Positions 12,466 to 23,322 of a DNA stretch of 64,000 nt are shown one piece after another. The notes under the pieces were generated by a model that was not told where the DNA came from, ran no database searches, and saw only the letters and a list, made by a program, of their open reading frames with translations. The stretch is taken from positions 372,001 through 436,000 of the forward strand of contig JASTWF010000325.1 of assembly GCA_030390025.1 (NCBI GenBank). The letters run 5' to 3'. Origin of the DNA: Squalus acanthias. Its lineage: Eukaryota. How positions within the stretch are numbered: position 1 is the first letter of the stretch; each line of letters opens with the position of its first letter. The position numbers and the translations under genes were made by a program.

Positions 12466-13129
12466 CTGCTAGGGGTAGTCCAGAACAAGGGTGCATAACC
12501 TTAGAATTAGAGCTCGGCCATTCAAGGGTGATGTCAGGAAGCACTTCTTCACACAAAGGGGAGTGGAAATCTGGAACTCTCTGTCCCAAAAAGCTGTAGA
12601 GGCTGGGGGTCAATGGAAAATTTCAAAACTGAGATTGATAGATTTTTGTTGGGTAAGGGTATTAAGGCGGGTAAATGGAGTTAAGATACAAAGCATCCAT
12701 GATCTAATTGAATGGTGGATCAGGCTCGAGGGGCTGAATGGCCCACTCCTGTTGCGGTGAGATTTTGGTCTCGCACACCACCAATACCCACCCCCACAAG
12801 TGTTTTCTGCTTGAATCCAGCTTTTATCATTGGTTTGATCACGAGTTAAAGTCTGTGACTGGCCGTATACTGAACACTGGCCAGGCTTAACATGGACCAA
12901 GAGATGCTTTCTGTTCACCCAGATAAATTCCTGTCACTCCCCATCTGAGGATCTAGAGTCTGGTCTAGATGATGATATTATTGAATGTGATAACAAGGCC
13001 TATGTATTTGACAGACTTGTATTCGGAGCTCCTGCAAACACAACTAACGTCTTGTCAGCCACTTAGTGTTTAATGAGCCTCGTTCACACCGACGTAATGA
13101 TACAAAGCCGGTACACGAAGTAGGAACAC

Positions 13130-13220
13130 AGCCTAACTATAAGGCCCAATTAGGCCAGCAGGCTAATTACAAGGTTCGATTCGGCCAGGAGCCTAACTAC
13201 AAGGCCCGATTAGGCCAGGA
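13130..13220. repeat. 30-bp tandem repeat, 3 copies
   Basis: gcctaactayaaggcccrattaggccag units. Confidence 0.7.
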
Positions 13221-13462
13221 TAGAGTCACAGTAACTGTGCAGTTCTTCCAGTCTCTCCTCCTGTTCTGGAGTTTCCGTATGGCCTGCATTCCAGCACCAT
13301 CTGCAGCTGGCTGAAATCTCTTGCATTCTCAAACAGTTACCTCGCAACCCTCAGCGACGGTGACAGAATTCCAAATACACACAAAATAAACTAGACAGTA
13401 ACTAGGCTTTGTTGTTGGAGGGTGACTCCCTCCCCTTCGGCACGCGAGGTTAGCCTTCGGCG

Positions 13463-13672
13463 TCAGCAGCAGTCCGATGGCGGATCCGCTGGGGCCTGAA
13501 GTGAGAGGCTGTCTTCAGGTTCCATTGGTGCAAAGCGGCCGTTCAGCAGGTTCAGCGCTGCACTCTCCAGCTCACTGTGATCCATCCGACAAGCTTCCGC
13601 TATCTCGCGCACTGTCACTGCCACGAAGGCTGGGTCACTGGCCAGTTCCTGTAGGCCTTGGGCCTCCAGCAC
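13463..13672 (-). CDS. CACNA1S: Last coding exon of L-type Ca channel alpha-1 (distal C-terminal domain)
   Basis: Acceptor tctctctcttctgtcaag. VLEAQGLQELASDPAFVAVTVREIAEACRMDHSELESAALNLLNG matches the conserved Cav1 distal C-terminal motif (VL..EGLG..A.DP.F.......LADAC.M...E.E.AA..LL.G). Paralog assignment comes from the upstream exons. Confidence 0.85.
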   Translation of the reverse strand: MLEAQGLQELASDPAFVAVTVREIAEACRMDHSELESAALNLLNGRFAPMEPEDSLSLQAPADPPSDCC

Positions 13673-13819
13673 CTTGACAGAAGAGAGAGAGATGTGAGAA
13701 ATACAAGAGGCACAAGCACTTCCCCATCTCCATTGGCCAACTGGAGGGAGCAGGGGAAGGGGCTGGTTCCTCTGACCTCATGGAACACCTACATGCTGGG
13801 TTCAAAGGTCAGGAAAAAT

Positions 13820-14060
13820 TAATCAGAATGATACCGGGTCTGACAGGGTTAAATTATGAGGACAGGTTGCACAGGCTAAGCTTGTATTCCCTCGAGTATA
13901 GAAGATTTATGGGGTAATCTAATTGAGGTGTTTAAGATGATTAAAGGAGTTGATATGGTAGATAGAAAGAAACTATTCCCTCTGGTGGCGGAGTCCAGAA
14001 CAAAGGGGCAAAACCTTAAAATTAGAGCTAGGCCATTTAGGAGTGATTTCAGGAAGCAGT
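13820..14060 (+). mobile_element. CR1 3' fragment
   Basis: Degenerate RMIPG..LNYEDRL..LYSLE...TRG..LKI segment. Confidence 0.7.
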
Positions 14061-15931
14061 GACCACTTCATGTTGCCCCTGGATACCCCGGGCCTTCCCC
14101 AGAGGGGCGGAGCTCGCACTGTGCTTGCAAGAGGAGCAGCCAGAGTTTGTATGTTAATGAGATGGGTGGAGGCTTTTCCAGCCTCTCCCTCCCACACCCC
14201 CACCCCCGCTCCCCATGACCTCTCACGGCCTAAGCCCACCCAGATACAGGAGACCCCAAGAAACTGCTGCTGCTGTGTATGACAGGCCCCTCCACCCCCC
14301 CCCCCCCACCCCCCAATCAGAGGACATGGCAGGAGGCTGAAGAGGATTCCCCAGGTAAGTAGAGATGGTTTTATTTTTGCACCCACCAGATGCTCAGGCC
14401 TCACGGAATGTAGCTGCTGCAGGGGGTGACTCACAATCCTTGCAGGGACACTGCCAGTAAACTGTCCGAATTGTGCTCTCAAAAGAGAGTCTCAGTCAAG
14501 ATGGTCACACAACATGGTATCGTTAGTTGAACTGAATGCTGGGAGATCTAAACTAATTAAGACCATGAAGATGTTGACCAGAGATAAGACAACCAACATT
14601 AAGCACTGGCTCAGGAATAGCTTGTTCGTGGGATTTCAATATGTCATGGAAAGTTCAAGAAGTTAGGGGAGTGAAAATTGGACTTGGCATGTTTATGTAT
14701 CCGTGTCTCATTAACTGAGTTTCCAGTGACTGTTAGAAATGATGAACATTAAAAGAAGTGAACCCTTCGGACACACACACGTCACTCAGATTGGCCAATT
14801 AAGAGGGGTTTTCTTTGAATTTCGGTTCTGTAAGAGTATGCTTGGCCAGACCTCTTACCAAACTCTCTCTGTCTACGTTAGATTCTCTTTGTTAGTTTGA
14901 AGATTCTTCTCTAGTTTTCCTCTGTAGTAATTTTCATTTAACTTGTAGAAGGGACCTTCCCAAGTACAAAGAGCTTCTAGAAGTCAAATTGACGGCCATA
15001 GCAACCAGTTAAGGCAGACATAAGTGTGTCACTTAACTGTATGAGACCAAGGAAGGTGAGGTTTAAGCCAGGGAGCTCAGATAGTCAGTCGAGCAGAAGG
15101 TGGGTCAGCCAGAACAGAGGATTCGAGTGGAACAGATAATCCTGCCACTGAAGGTGGGACATCAATGGAACGTTCCAGAGCCAGAACCACCATAATAGGG
15201 GAGGAAGATCAACTCAATCACACCACTCATAAGGACAAGGTCGTGGACACTCTGGAAATAATTAGTAACCACCAGCATATAGACTTCATTCGATAGACTG
15301 GCTGTCCAATGGTGTTAACATGTCAGCGATCTAAGGACGTTACTTCTAAAGTAATCTCACTAATCTGCTGTAGTCCCACTCACTGATTTCTATTATAACT
15401 TAAAAATGCAATCCAGTTAATGCTGAATTGCAGCGAGACGCTGAGCTGCTTCTACAACCTCTGCCAGTCAATAAACTGTTGGAAGACTTGCTGTCAAATG
15501 GCTTTGAATTAACCCATCAGTGCCTCAGTAGCTTGTGGCTATCCGAATAGCGGCTTGACACCTGAACCCAAATCCAATACAAAACTGGGTGACGTAAGAG
15601 GTTCAGTGAGCCAAACTCAGGCATCTCTCCGTCCTACCCCCGAGCAGAGTAACGGTTCTCAGTGAGGAGGGTAGGGACTCGTCTGGTGCCTCAGCAGATA
15701 TATAACAGGATACTGAATCCAGGGAACTGACAGGCTGCACCTGGGGTACAACCAGGCCATGTTCCTGCCCGGTACACCACACCCGGTTAAGGGGCTCGCA
15801 GCACCACAGCACAAGGAGGACAATCAACACCACAGTTTATTCATGATGTGGAGATGCCAGTGTTGGACTGGGGTGGACAAAAGTGAGAAGTCGCACAACA
15901 CCAGGTTATAGTCCAACAGTTTTATTTGAAA

Positions 15932-15969
15932 TCACAAGCTTTCGGAGCTGCTGCCCCTTCATCAGGTGA
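15932..15969 (-). ncRNA. Minimal type I hammerhead ribozyme in Penelope pLTR
   Basis: TCAC-CTGATGA-A-GGGGC agca GCTCC-GAAA-GCT-T-GTGA. Confidence 0.75.
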
Positions 15970-16288
15970 AGTGAAGGAATACGAATCGGCAAAGCATATA
16001 CAGACAGAGAACAATGCCTGTGTAGCGTACAATGTCAGACGACTACAGTTAATCTTCCTGACTGCCTTTTATCACACCTCGGCAGAGAAACAATCAGGTC
16101 AGTCAGGAAGACATTATATCAAAGACATCGCAAAATACAACTGAGACAATGAGGTGGGGTCACAGGGGGTCTAATGTGTCAGATGCTGCAGTCTGTATGG
16201 AAAACCATAAACTTTAAACTTTTTACTTTTTTTTTTACTGGAAATCACATCTGTGAACAAGCCAATGACGACTCGAGTCTGGATGACT

Positions 16289-18525
16289 CTACGTCATGTA
16301 GCGTGACATGAACCCAAGATCCCGGTTGAGGCCGTCCTCATGGGTGCGGAACTTGGCTATCAGTTTCTGCTCGATGATTTTGCATTGTCGTGTGTCTCGA
16401 AGGCCGCCTTGGAGAACGTTAACCCGCAGATCCGAGGCTGAATGTCTTTGACTGCTGAAGTGTTCCCCAACTGGGAGGTAACACTCCTGCCTGGCAATTG
16501 TTGCGCGGTGTCCGTTCATACGTTGTCGCAGTGTCTGCATGGTCTCGCCGATGTACCATGCTCCGGTGCATCCTTTCCTGCAACGTATGAGGTAGACAAC
16601 GTTGGCCGAGTCACATGAGTATGTACCATGTACCTGGTGGGTAGTGTCCTCACGTGTGATGATGGTATCTGTGTTGATGATCTGGCATGTCTTGCAGAGG
16701 TTGCCGTGGCAGGGTTGTGTGGTGTCGTGGTCGCTGTTCTTCTGACAGCTGGGTAATTTGCTGCGAACGATGGTACTTTTGAGGTTAGGCGGCTGCTTGA
16801 AGGCGAGTAGTGGAGGCGTGGGGATGGCCTTAGCAAGGTGCTCGTCGTCATCGATGACATGTTGAAGGCTGCGAAGAACATGGCGTAGTTTCTCCGATCT
16901 GGGGAAGTACTGGACGACGTAGGGTACCCTGTTGGTTGTGTCCCGTGTTCGCCTTCTGAGGAGGTCTATGCGATTTTTCGCTGTGGCCCGTCGGAACTGT
17001 CGATCGATGAGTCGAGCGTCATATCCCGTTCTTACGAGGGCGTCTTTCAGCGTCCGTAGGTGTCCATCGCGTTCCTCCTCGTCTGAGCAGATCCTGTGTA
17101 TTCGCAGGGCTTGTCCATAGGGGATGGCTTCTTTAACGTGGTTAGGGTGGAAGCTGGAGAAGTGGAGCATCGTGAGGTTGTCCGTGGGCTTGCGGTAGAG
17201 TGAAGTGCTGAGGTGTCCGTCTTTGATGCAGATTCGTGTGTCCAGGAATGAAACCGATTCTGAGGAGTAGTCCATGGTGAGTTTGATGGTGGGATGGAAC
17301 TTGTTGATGTTATCGTGTAGTCTTTTCAGTGATCCTTCGCCGTGGGCCCAAAGGAAGAAAATGTCGTCGATGTTTCTGGTGTACAGCGTTGGTTGGAGGT
17401 CCTGTGCAGCGAAGAAGTCTTGCTCGAACTTGTGCATGAAGATGTTGGCGTATTGGGGTGCGAATTTGGTCCCCATGGCTGTTCCGTGTGTTTGGGTAAA
17501 AAACTGGTTGTCGAAGGTGAAGACATTGTGGTCAAGGATGAAGCGAATGAGTTGTAGGATTGCGTCTGGAGATTGGCTGTTGTTGGTGTTGAGTACTGAG
17601 GCTGTCGCAGCGATGCCGTCATCGTGGGGGATACTGGTGTAGAGTGCCGATACGTCTATCGTGGTGAGGAGTGTTCCTGGTTCAACTGGTCCATGGGTGT
17701 TGAGTTTGTGTAAGAAGTCTGTGGTGTCGCGACAGAAGCTGGGGGTTCCCTGTACGATGAGTTTCAGGATGCCCTCGACGTATCCAGAGAGGTTCTCACA
17801 CAGGGTGCCATTGCCTGATACGATAGGACGTCCGGGTGTGTTGGCTTTGTGTATCTTTGGGAGGCAGTAGAAGTCTCCCACGCGGGGAGTACGTTGGATG
17901 AGAGCGCGTAGGATGCTTTGAAGGTCTGGATCGAAGGTCTTGATCAGTCTATTGAGTTGGCGGGTGTGTTCTTTGGTCGGATCTGTGGGTAACTGTCTGT
18001 AGTGTTCCAGGTTGTCCAGTTGTCGGTATGCTTCTTTGCAATAGTCCATTCTATTCTGTATGACGATGGCTCCTCCTTTGTCCGCTGGTTTGATGACGAT
18101 GTTGCAGTTGGTCTTGAGAGCATGGATGGCGTTGCGTTGTGCTTGGGTGACATTCTGGACTGTCTTGGAAGTGCGGCTGATGAATCTGGCGTTGATGCAT
18201 CTCCTGACAGCTTGAGCATACATGTCAAGCTTAGGGCAGCGACCCTCCGGAGGGGTCCAATTTGACTCTTTCTTCCTCGGTTGCTGCACTGCGAGTCCCT
18301 CTGTTTGCTGTTCCGGATCATTGATTGTCTCATTAGGTTCGCTGCTGACATCTTGGGATTCGTGGAAGAATTCCCGGATCCTCATTCTCCTGATGAATTC
18401 CTGTGTCTGCCGCGAGACCGATGGGGTCCATTTTGGTGGTGGGGCAGAAAATGAGCCCTCGGCTGAGAACTTCGATTTCGTCTGGTTGAAGGGTGTGGTC
18501 AGACAAGTTGACAATGGACTTCCCT
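16289..18525 (-). pseudogene. Penelope RT + CCHH linker + GIY-YIG endonuclease, 5'-truncated
   Basis: IKPADKG, LPKIHK..PGRPIVS, DVSALYT, GTAMG, RNIDD (normally RYIDD), PCHGNLCKTC..H, VVYLIRC...YIGET. Frameshift near 18405; the upstream frame reads IVNLSDHTL...LSRGLIFCPT. Confidence 0.92.
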
Positions 18526-19057
18526 GTGGTTGCCAGGCAGGATTGTTGCCTCCCAGTCGGGGAACACTTCAGCAGTCAAGGACATTCAGCCTCGGATCTG
18601 CGGGTTAACGTTCTCCAAGGCGGCCTTCGAGACACACGACAACGCAAAATCATCAAGCAGAAACTGATAGCCAAGTTCCGTACCCATGAGGACGGCCTCA
18701 ACCGGGATCTTGGGTTCATGTCACGCTACATGTAACCCCACCTGACGTAGAGTCATCCAGACTCGAGTCGTCGTTGGCTTGTTCACAGATGTGATTTCCA
18801 GTAAAAAGTTTAAAGTTTATGGTTTTCCATACAGACTGCAGCCTATGCCACATTAGACCCCCTGTGACCCCACCTCATTGTCTTAGTTGTATTTTGCTAT
18901 GTCTTTGATATAATGTCTTCCTGGCTGACCTGATTGTTTCTCTGCCGAGGTGTGATAAAAGGCAGTCAGAAAGATTAACTGTAGTCATCTAACATTGTAC
19001 GCCGCACAGGCATTGATCTCTGTCTATATATGCTTTGCCGATTCGTATTCCTTCACT

Positions 19058-19095
19058 TCACCTGACGAAGGAGCAGCAGCTCCGAAAGCTTGTGA
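19058..19095 (+). ncRNA. Minimal type I hammerhead ribozyme in Penelope pLTR
   Basis: TCAC-CTGACGA-A-GGAGC agca GCTCC-GAAA-GCT-T-GTGA. Confidence 0.8.
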
Positions 19096-20182
19096 TTTCA
19101 AATAAAACTGTTGGACTATAACCTGGTGTTGTGCGACTTCTCATTTTTGTCCACCCCAGTCCAACGCCGGCATCTCCACATCATAACTATACAGAGTCAC
19201 TGTTTATTCAGGGTAAGGGTCACTCACTGTGTAACTGTACAGAGTCACTGTTTATTCAGGGTAAGGGTCACTCACTGTGTAACTGGACAGAGTCACTGTT
19301 TATTCAGGGTAAGGGTCACTCACTGTGTAACTGGACAGAGTCACTGTTTATTCAGGGTAAGGGTCACACTCTGTAACTGTACAGAGTCACTGTTTATTCA
19401 GGGTAAGGGTCACTCTCTGTAACTGTACAGAGTCACTGTTTATTCAGGGTAAGGGTCACTCACTTGTAACTGGACAGAGTCACTGTTTATTCAGGGTAAG
19501 GGTCACTCACTGGAACTGTACAGAGTCACTGTTTATTCAGGGTAAGGGTCACTCACTGTGTAACTGTACAGAGACACTGTTTATTCAGGGTAAGTGTCAC
19601 TCACTGTGTAACTGTACAGAGTCACTGTTTATTCAGGGTAAGGGTCACTCACTAACTGTACAGAGTCACTGTTTATTCAGGGTAAGGGTCACTCACTAAC
19701 TGTACAGAGTCACTGTTTATTCAGGGTAAGGGTCACTCACTGTGTAACTGCACAGAGTTACTGTTTATTCAGGGTAAGGGTCACTCACTGTGTAACTGTA
19801 CAGAGTCACTGTTTATTCAGGGTAAGTGTCACTCACTGTGTAACTGTACAGAGTCACTGTTTATTCAGGGTAAGGGTCACTCACGGTGTAACTGTACAGA
19901 GTCACTGTTTATTCAGGGTAAGTGTCACTCACTGTGTAACTGTACAGAGTCACTGTTTATTCAGGGTAAGGATCATTCACTGTGTAACTGTACAGAGTCA
20001 CTGTTTATTCAGGGTAAGGGTCACTCACGAACTGTACAGAATCACTGTTTATTCAGGATAAGGGTCACTCACTGTTTAACTGTACAGAGTCACTGTTTAT
20101 TCAGGGTAAGGGTCACTCACTGTAACTGTACAGAGTCACTGTTTATTCAGGGTAAGGATCATTCACTGTGTAACTGTACAGA

Positions 20183-21778
20183 AATGAGAAGTCGCACAAC
20201 ACCAGGTTATAGTCCAACAGATTTATTTAATTTTACAAGTATTCGGAGCTGTCGCTCCTTCGTCAGGTAAGTTAGCAATGAGAGAATCTCCCAGAATTCA
20301 CAATTTAAACCCAGACAAAATCTATTCACATTATTCGCTACAACAAAGAGCACAGCCAAGACAATGAGATGTGTCCCAGGGGGTCCAACGTGTCAAACCA
20401 CCTGCTGGCTGCATATCCTGTCAATTTGTGTTCTTGTGTTAGCCTTTTTTAAAAAAAAAAACAAAAAAAACACCTGGGAAGACCGGCCATGATGTCAAGT
20501 CACGTTCTGTATCGTGACATGAACCCGATATCGCGATTGAGGCCATCCTCATGAGTGCGGAACTTGGCTATCAGTTTCTGCTCTATGATTTTGCGCTGTC
20601 GTGTATCTCGAAGGCCGCCTTGGAGAACGCTTACCCGCAGATCCGAGGCTGAATGCCCCTCTCGTAAGAACGGGATATGACGCTCGACTTGTCGATCGAC
20701 AGTTCCGACGGGCCACAGCGAAAAACCGCATAGACCTCCTCAGAAGACGAACACGGGACACAACCAACAGAGTACCCTACGTCGTCTAGTACTTCCCCGG
20801 AGCGGAAAAACTACGCCATGTTCTTCGCAGCCTTCAACATGTCATCGATGACGACGAACACCTTGCTAAGGCCATCCCCACGCCTCCACTACTCGCCTTC
20901 AAGCAGCCGCCTAACCTCAAAAGTACCATCGTTCGCAGCAGATTACCCATCTTTCAGGAGAACAGCAACCAAGACACCACACAACCCTGCCACGGCAACC
21001 TCTGCAAGACATGCCAAATCATGGACACAGATACCATCATTACACGTGAGGACACTACCCACCAGGTACACGGTACATACTCATGTGACTCGGCCAACGT
21101 TGTCTACCTGATACGTTGCAGTAAAGGATGCTCCAGAGCATGGTACATCGGCGAGACCATGCAGACACTGAGACAACGTATGAACGGACACCGCGCAACA
21201 ATCGCCAGGCAGGAGGGTTGCCTCCCAGTCGGGGAACACTTCAGCAGCCAGGGGCATTCAGCCTCGGATCTGCGGGTAAGCGTTCTCCAAGGCGGCCTTC
21301 GAGATACACGACAGCGCAAAATCATAGAGCAGAAACTGATAGCCAAGTTCCGCACTCATGAGGATGGCCTCAATCGCGATATCGGGTTCATGTCACGATA
21401 CAGAACGTGACTTGACATCATGGCCGGTCTTCCCAGGTGTTTTTTTTGGTTTTTTTTTTTTGGTTTTTTTTTAAAAAGGCTAACACAAGAACACAAATTG
21501 ACAGGATATGCAGCCAGCAGGTGGTTTGACACATTGGACCCCCTGGGACACATCTCATTGTCTTGGCTGTGCTCTTTGTTGTAGCGAATAATGTGAATAG
21601 ATTTTGTCTGGGTTTAAATTGTGAATTCTGGGAGATTCTCTCATTGCTAACTTACCTGACGAAGGAGCGACAGCTCCGAAAGCTTGTAAAATTAAATAAA
21701 TCTGTTGGACTATAACCTGGTGTTGTGCGACTTCTCATTTTTGTCCACCCCAGTCCAACGCCGGCATCTCCACATCAT
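20183..21778 (+). mobile_element. Second Penelope insertion (3' part of ORF plus inverted pLTR)
   Basis: GIY-YIG region at 20660-21410. 20183-20660 is an inverted copy of ~21250-21740. TSD aactgtacaga (20172-20182/21779-21789). Confidence 0.92.
21652..21689 (+). ncRNA. Minimal type I hammerhead ribozyme in second Penelope
   Basis: TTAC-CTGACGA-A-GGAGC gaca GCTCC-GAAA-GCT-T-GTAA. Confidence 0.8.
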
Positions 21779-22074
21779 AACTGTACAGAGTCACTGTTTA
21801 TTCAGGGTAAGGGTCACTCACTGTGTAACTGTACAGAATCACTGTTTATTCAGGGTAAGGGTCACTCACTGTAACTGGGCAGAATCACTGTTTATTCAGG
21901 GTAAGGGTCACTCACTGTGTAACTGTACAGAGTCACTGTTTATTCAGGGTAAGGGTCACTCACTGTGTAACTGTACAGAATCACAGTTTATTCAAAGGGT
22001 CACTCACTGTGTAACTGTTTTCCTGTAAACTGCAAATTGCTGGCCGTCTTAATTTTCACTGATTGTCCCGAGTG

Positions 22075-22877
22075 AGATTGTGATGTGGATTCTGTGGGAG
22101 ATTGGGATGTGAGGGATTCTGTGGGAGACTGGGATGTGAGGGATTCTGTGGGAGATTGTGATGTGAGGGATCTGTGGGAGATTGTGATGTGGATTCTGTG
22201 GGAAATTGGGATGTGAGGGATTCTATGGGAGATTGGGATGTGAGGGATTCTGTGGGAGATTGGGATGTGAGGGATTCTGTGGGAGATTGGGATGTGAGGG
22301 ATTCTGTGGGAGATTGGGATGTGAGGGATTCTGTGGGAGATTGGGATGTGAGGGATCTGTGGGAGATTGGGATGAGAGGGATTCTGTGGGAGATTGGGAT
22401 GAGAGGGATTCTGTGGGAGATTGGGATGTGAGGGATTCTGTGGGAGATTGGGATGTGAGGGATTCTGTGGGAGATTGGGATGTGAGGGATTCTGTGGGAG
22501 ATTGGGATGTGGATTCTGTGGGAGATTGTGATGTGAGGGATTCTGTGGGAGATTGGGATGTGAGGGATTCTGTGGGAGATTGGGATGTGAGGGGTCTGTG
22601 GGAGATTGGGATGTGGATTCTGTGGGAGATTGTGATGTGAGGGATTCTGTGGGAGATTGGGATGTGGATTCTGTGGGAGATTGTGATGTGAGGGATTCTG
22701 TGGGAGATTGGGATGTGAGGGATTCTGTGGGAGATTGGGATGTGAGGGATCTGTGGGAGATTGGGATGTGAGGGATCTGTGGGAGATTGGGATGTGAGGG
22801 ATCTGTGGGAGATTGGGATGTGAGGGATCTGTGGGAGATTGGGATGTGAGGGATTCTGTGGGAGATTGGGATGTGAA
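22075..22877. repeat. ~27-bp G-rich minisatellite
   Basis: gggagattgggatgtgagggattctgt units. Confidence 0.95.
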
Positions 22878-22904
22878 GGACAGTGTAGAATATAATGATT
22901 ATAC

Positions 22905-22997
22905 CTGTTGTACAATCCTGTTGATGTGGGACGTGCTGTCTCGCTCCTTATTCTCCGAGCTGCCATGGAGTTCACAGATTCCGCTCCCAGCAGTGCT
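22905..22997 (-). CDS. CACNA1S: Penultimate coding exon of the CACNA1S-like gene
   Basis: cag/gt boundaries, 93 nt, phase 0-0. STAGSGICELHGSSENKERDSTSHINRIVQQ joins in frame to VLEAQGL (cf. Cav1.1 ALLIQK|ALVRGGL). Confidence 0.75.
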
Positions 22998-23322
22998 CTG
23001 GGTAAACACAGTAAGCTCTTTATATTACCGTGAACGCTGCACTACCCTTCACTGACCCGCGGTATATCATACACCAGACACTTGCTGGTGCATATGCTTG
23101 GATTAACAAGTAAACACAGCGCTGGATGTCCTTGGATTGATTGTATACTCGCAGCCCTCCCATGGGGACGCTCCGATTCAGTCACCGGATGCGCGCGGCC
23201 AACAATATTGTTTCATCCCATGTGAAGGGAAGACAGCAGGGCCACTGGTTTATCGTCTCTTTATTGCACCTTTTACTGCAATATTATCAACTCAGCTCTG
23301 TCACTCTTACCTCGCAAGGTTC

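Larger units (their letters stand above)
6975..12755 (+). mobile_element. Old CR1 LINE 3' half, split by nested insertions
   Basis: RT segments at 6975-7220 (VTSGV.Q, KFA..TK) continue at 11471-11940 and 12465-12755 (HFFTQR, CR1 3' tail). Confidence 0.75.
15843..19184 (-). mobile_element. Penelope-like retroelement (Neptune type) with inverted pLTRs
   Basis: 15843-~16500 and ~18526-19184 are inverted copies of the ORF end plus 3' UTR, enclosing the RT/GIY-YIG ORF. Confidence 0.95.
19185..22020. repeat. ~48-bp minisatellite, interrupted by a Penelope insertion
   Basis: aactgtacagagtcactgtttattcagggtaagggtcactcactgtgt units at 19185-20182 and 21779-22020. Confidence 0.95.

Noticed and set aside
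15603..15833. Possible extra channel exon
   Set aside because: No recognisable Cav1 similarity, and exon 22905 already joins exon 13672 in frame.
19185..20182. Regular 46-48-bp arrays (also 32545-33196) as CRISPR-like arrays
   Set aside because: Units are head-to-tail with no unique spacers and there are no cas genes; the context is eukaryotic.
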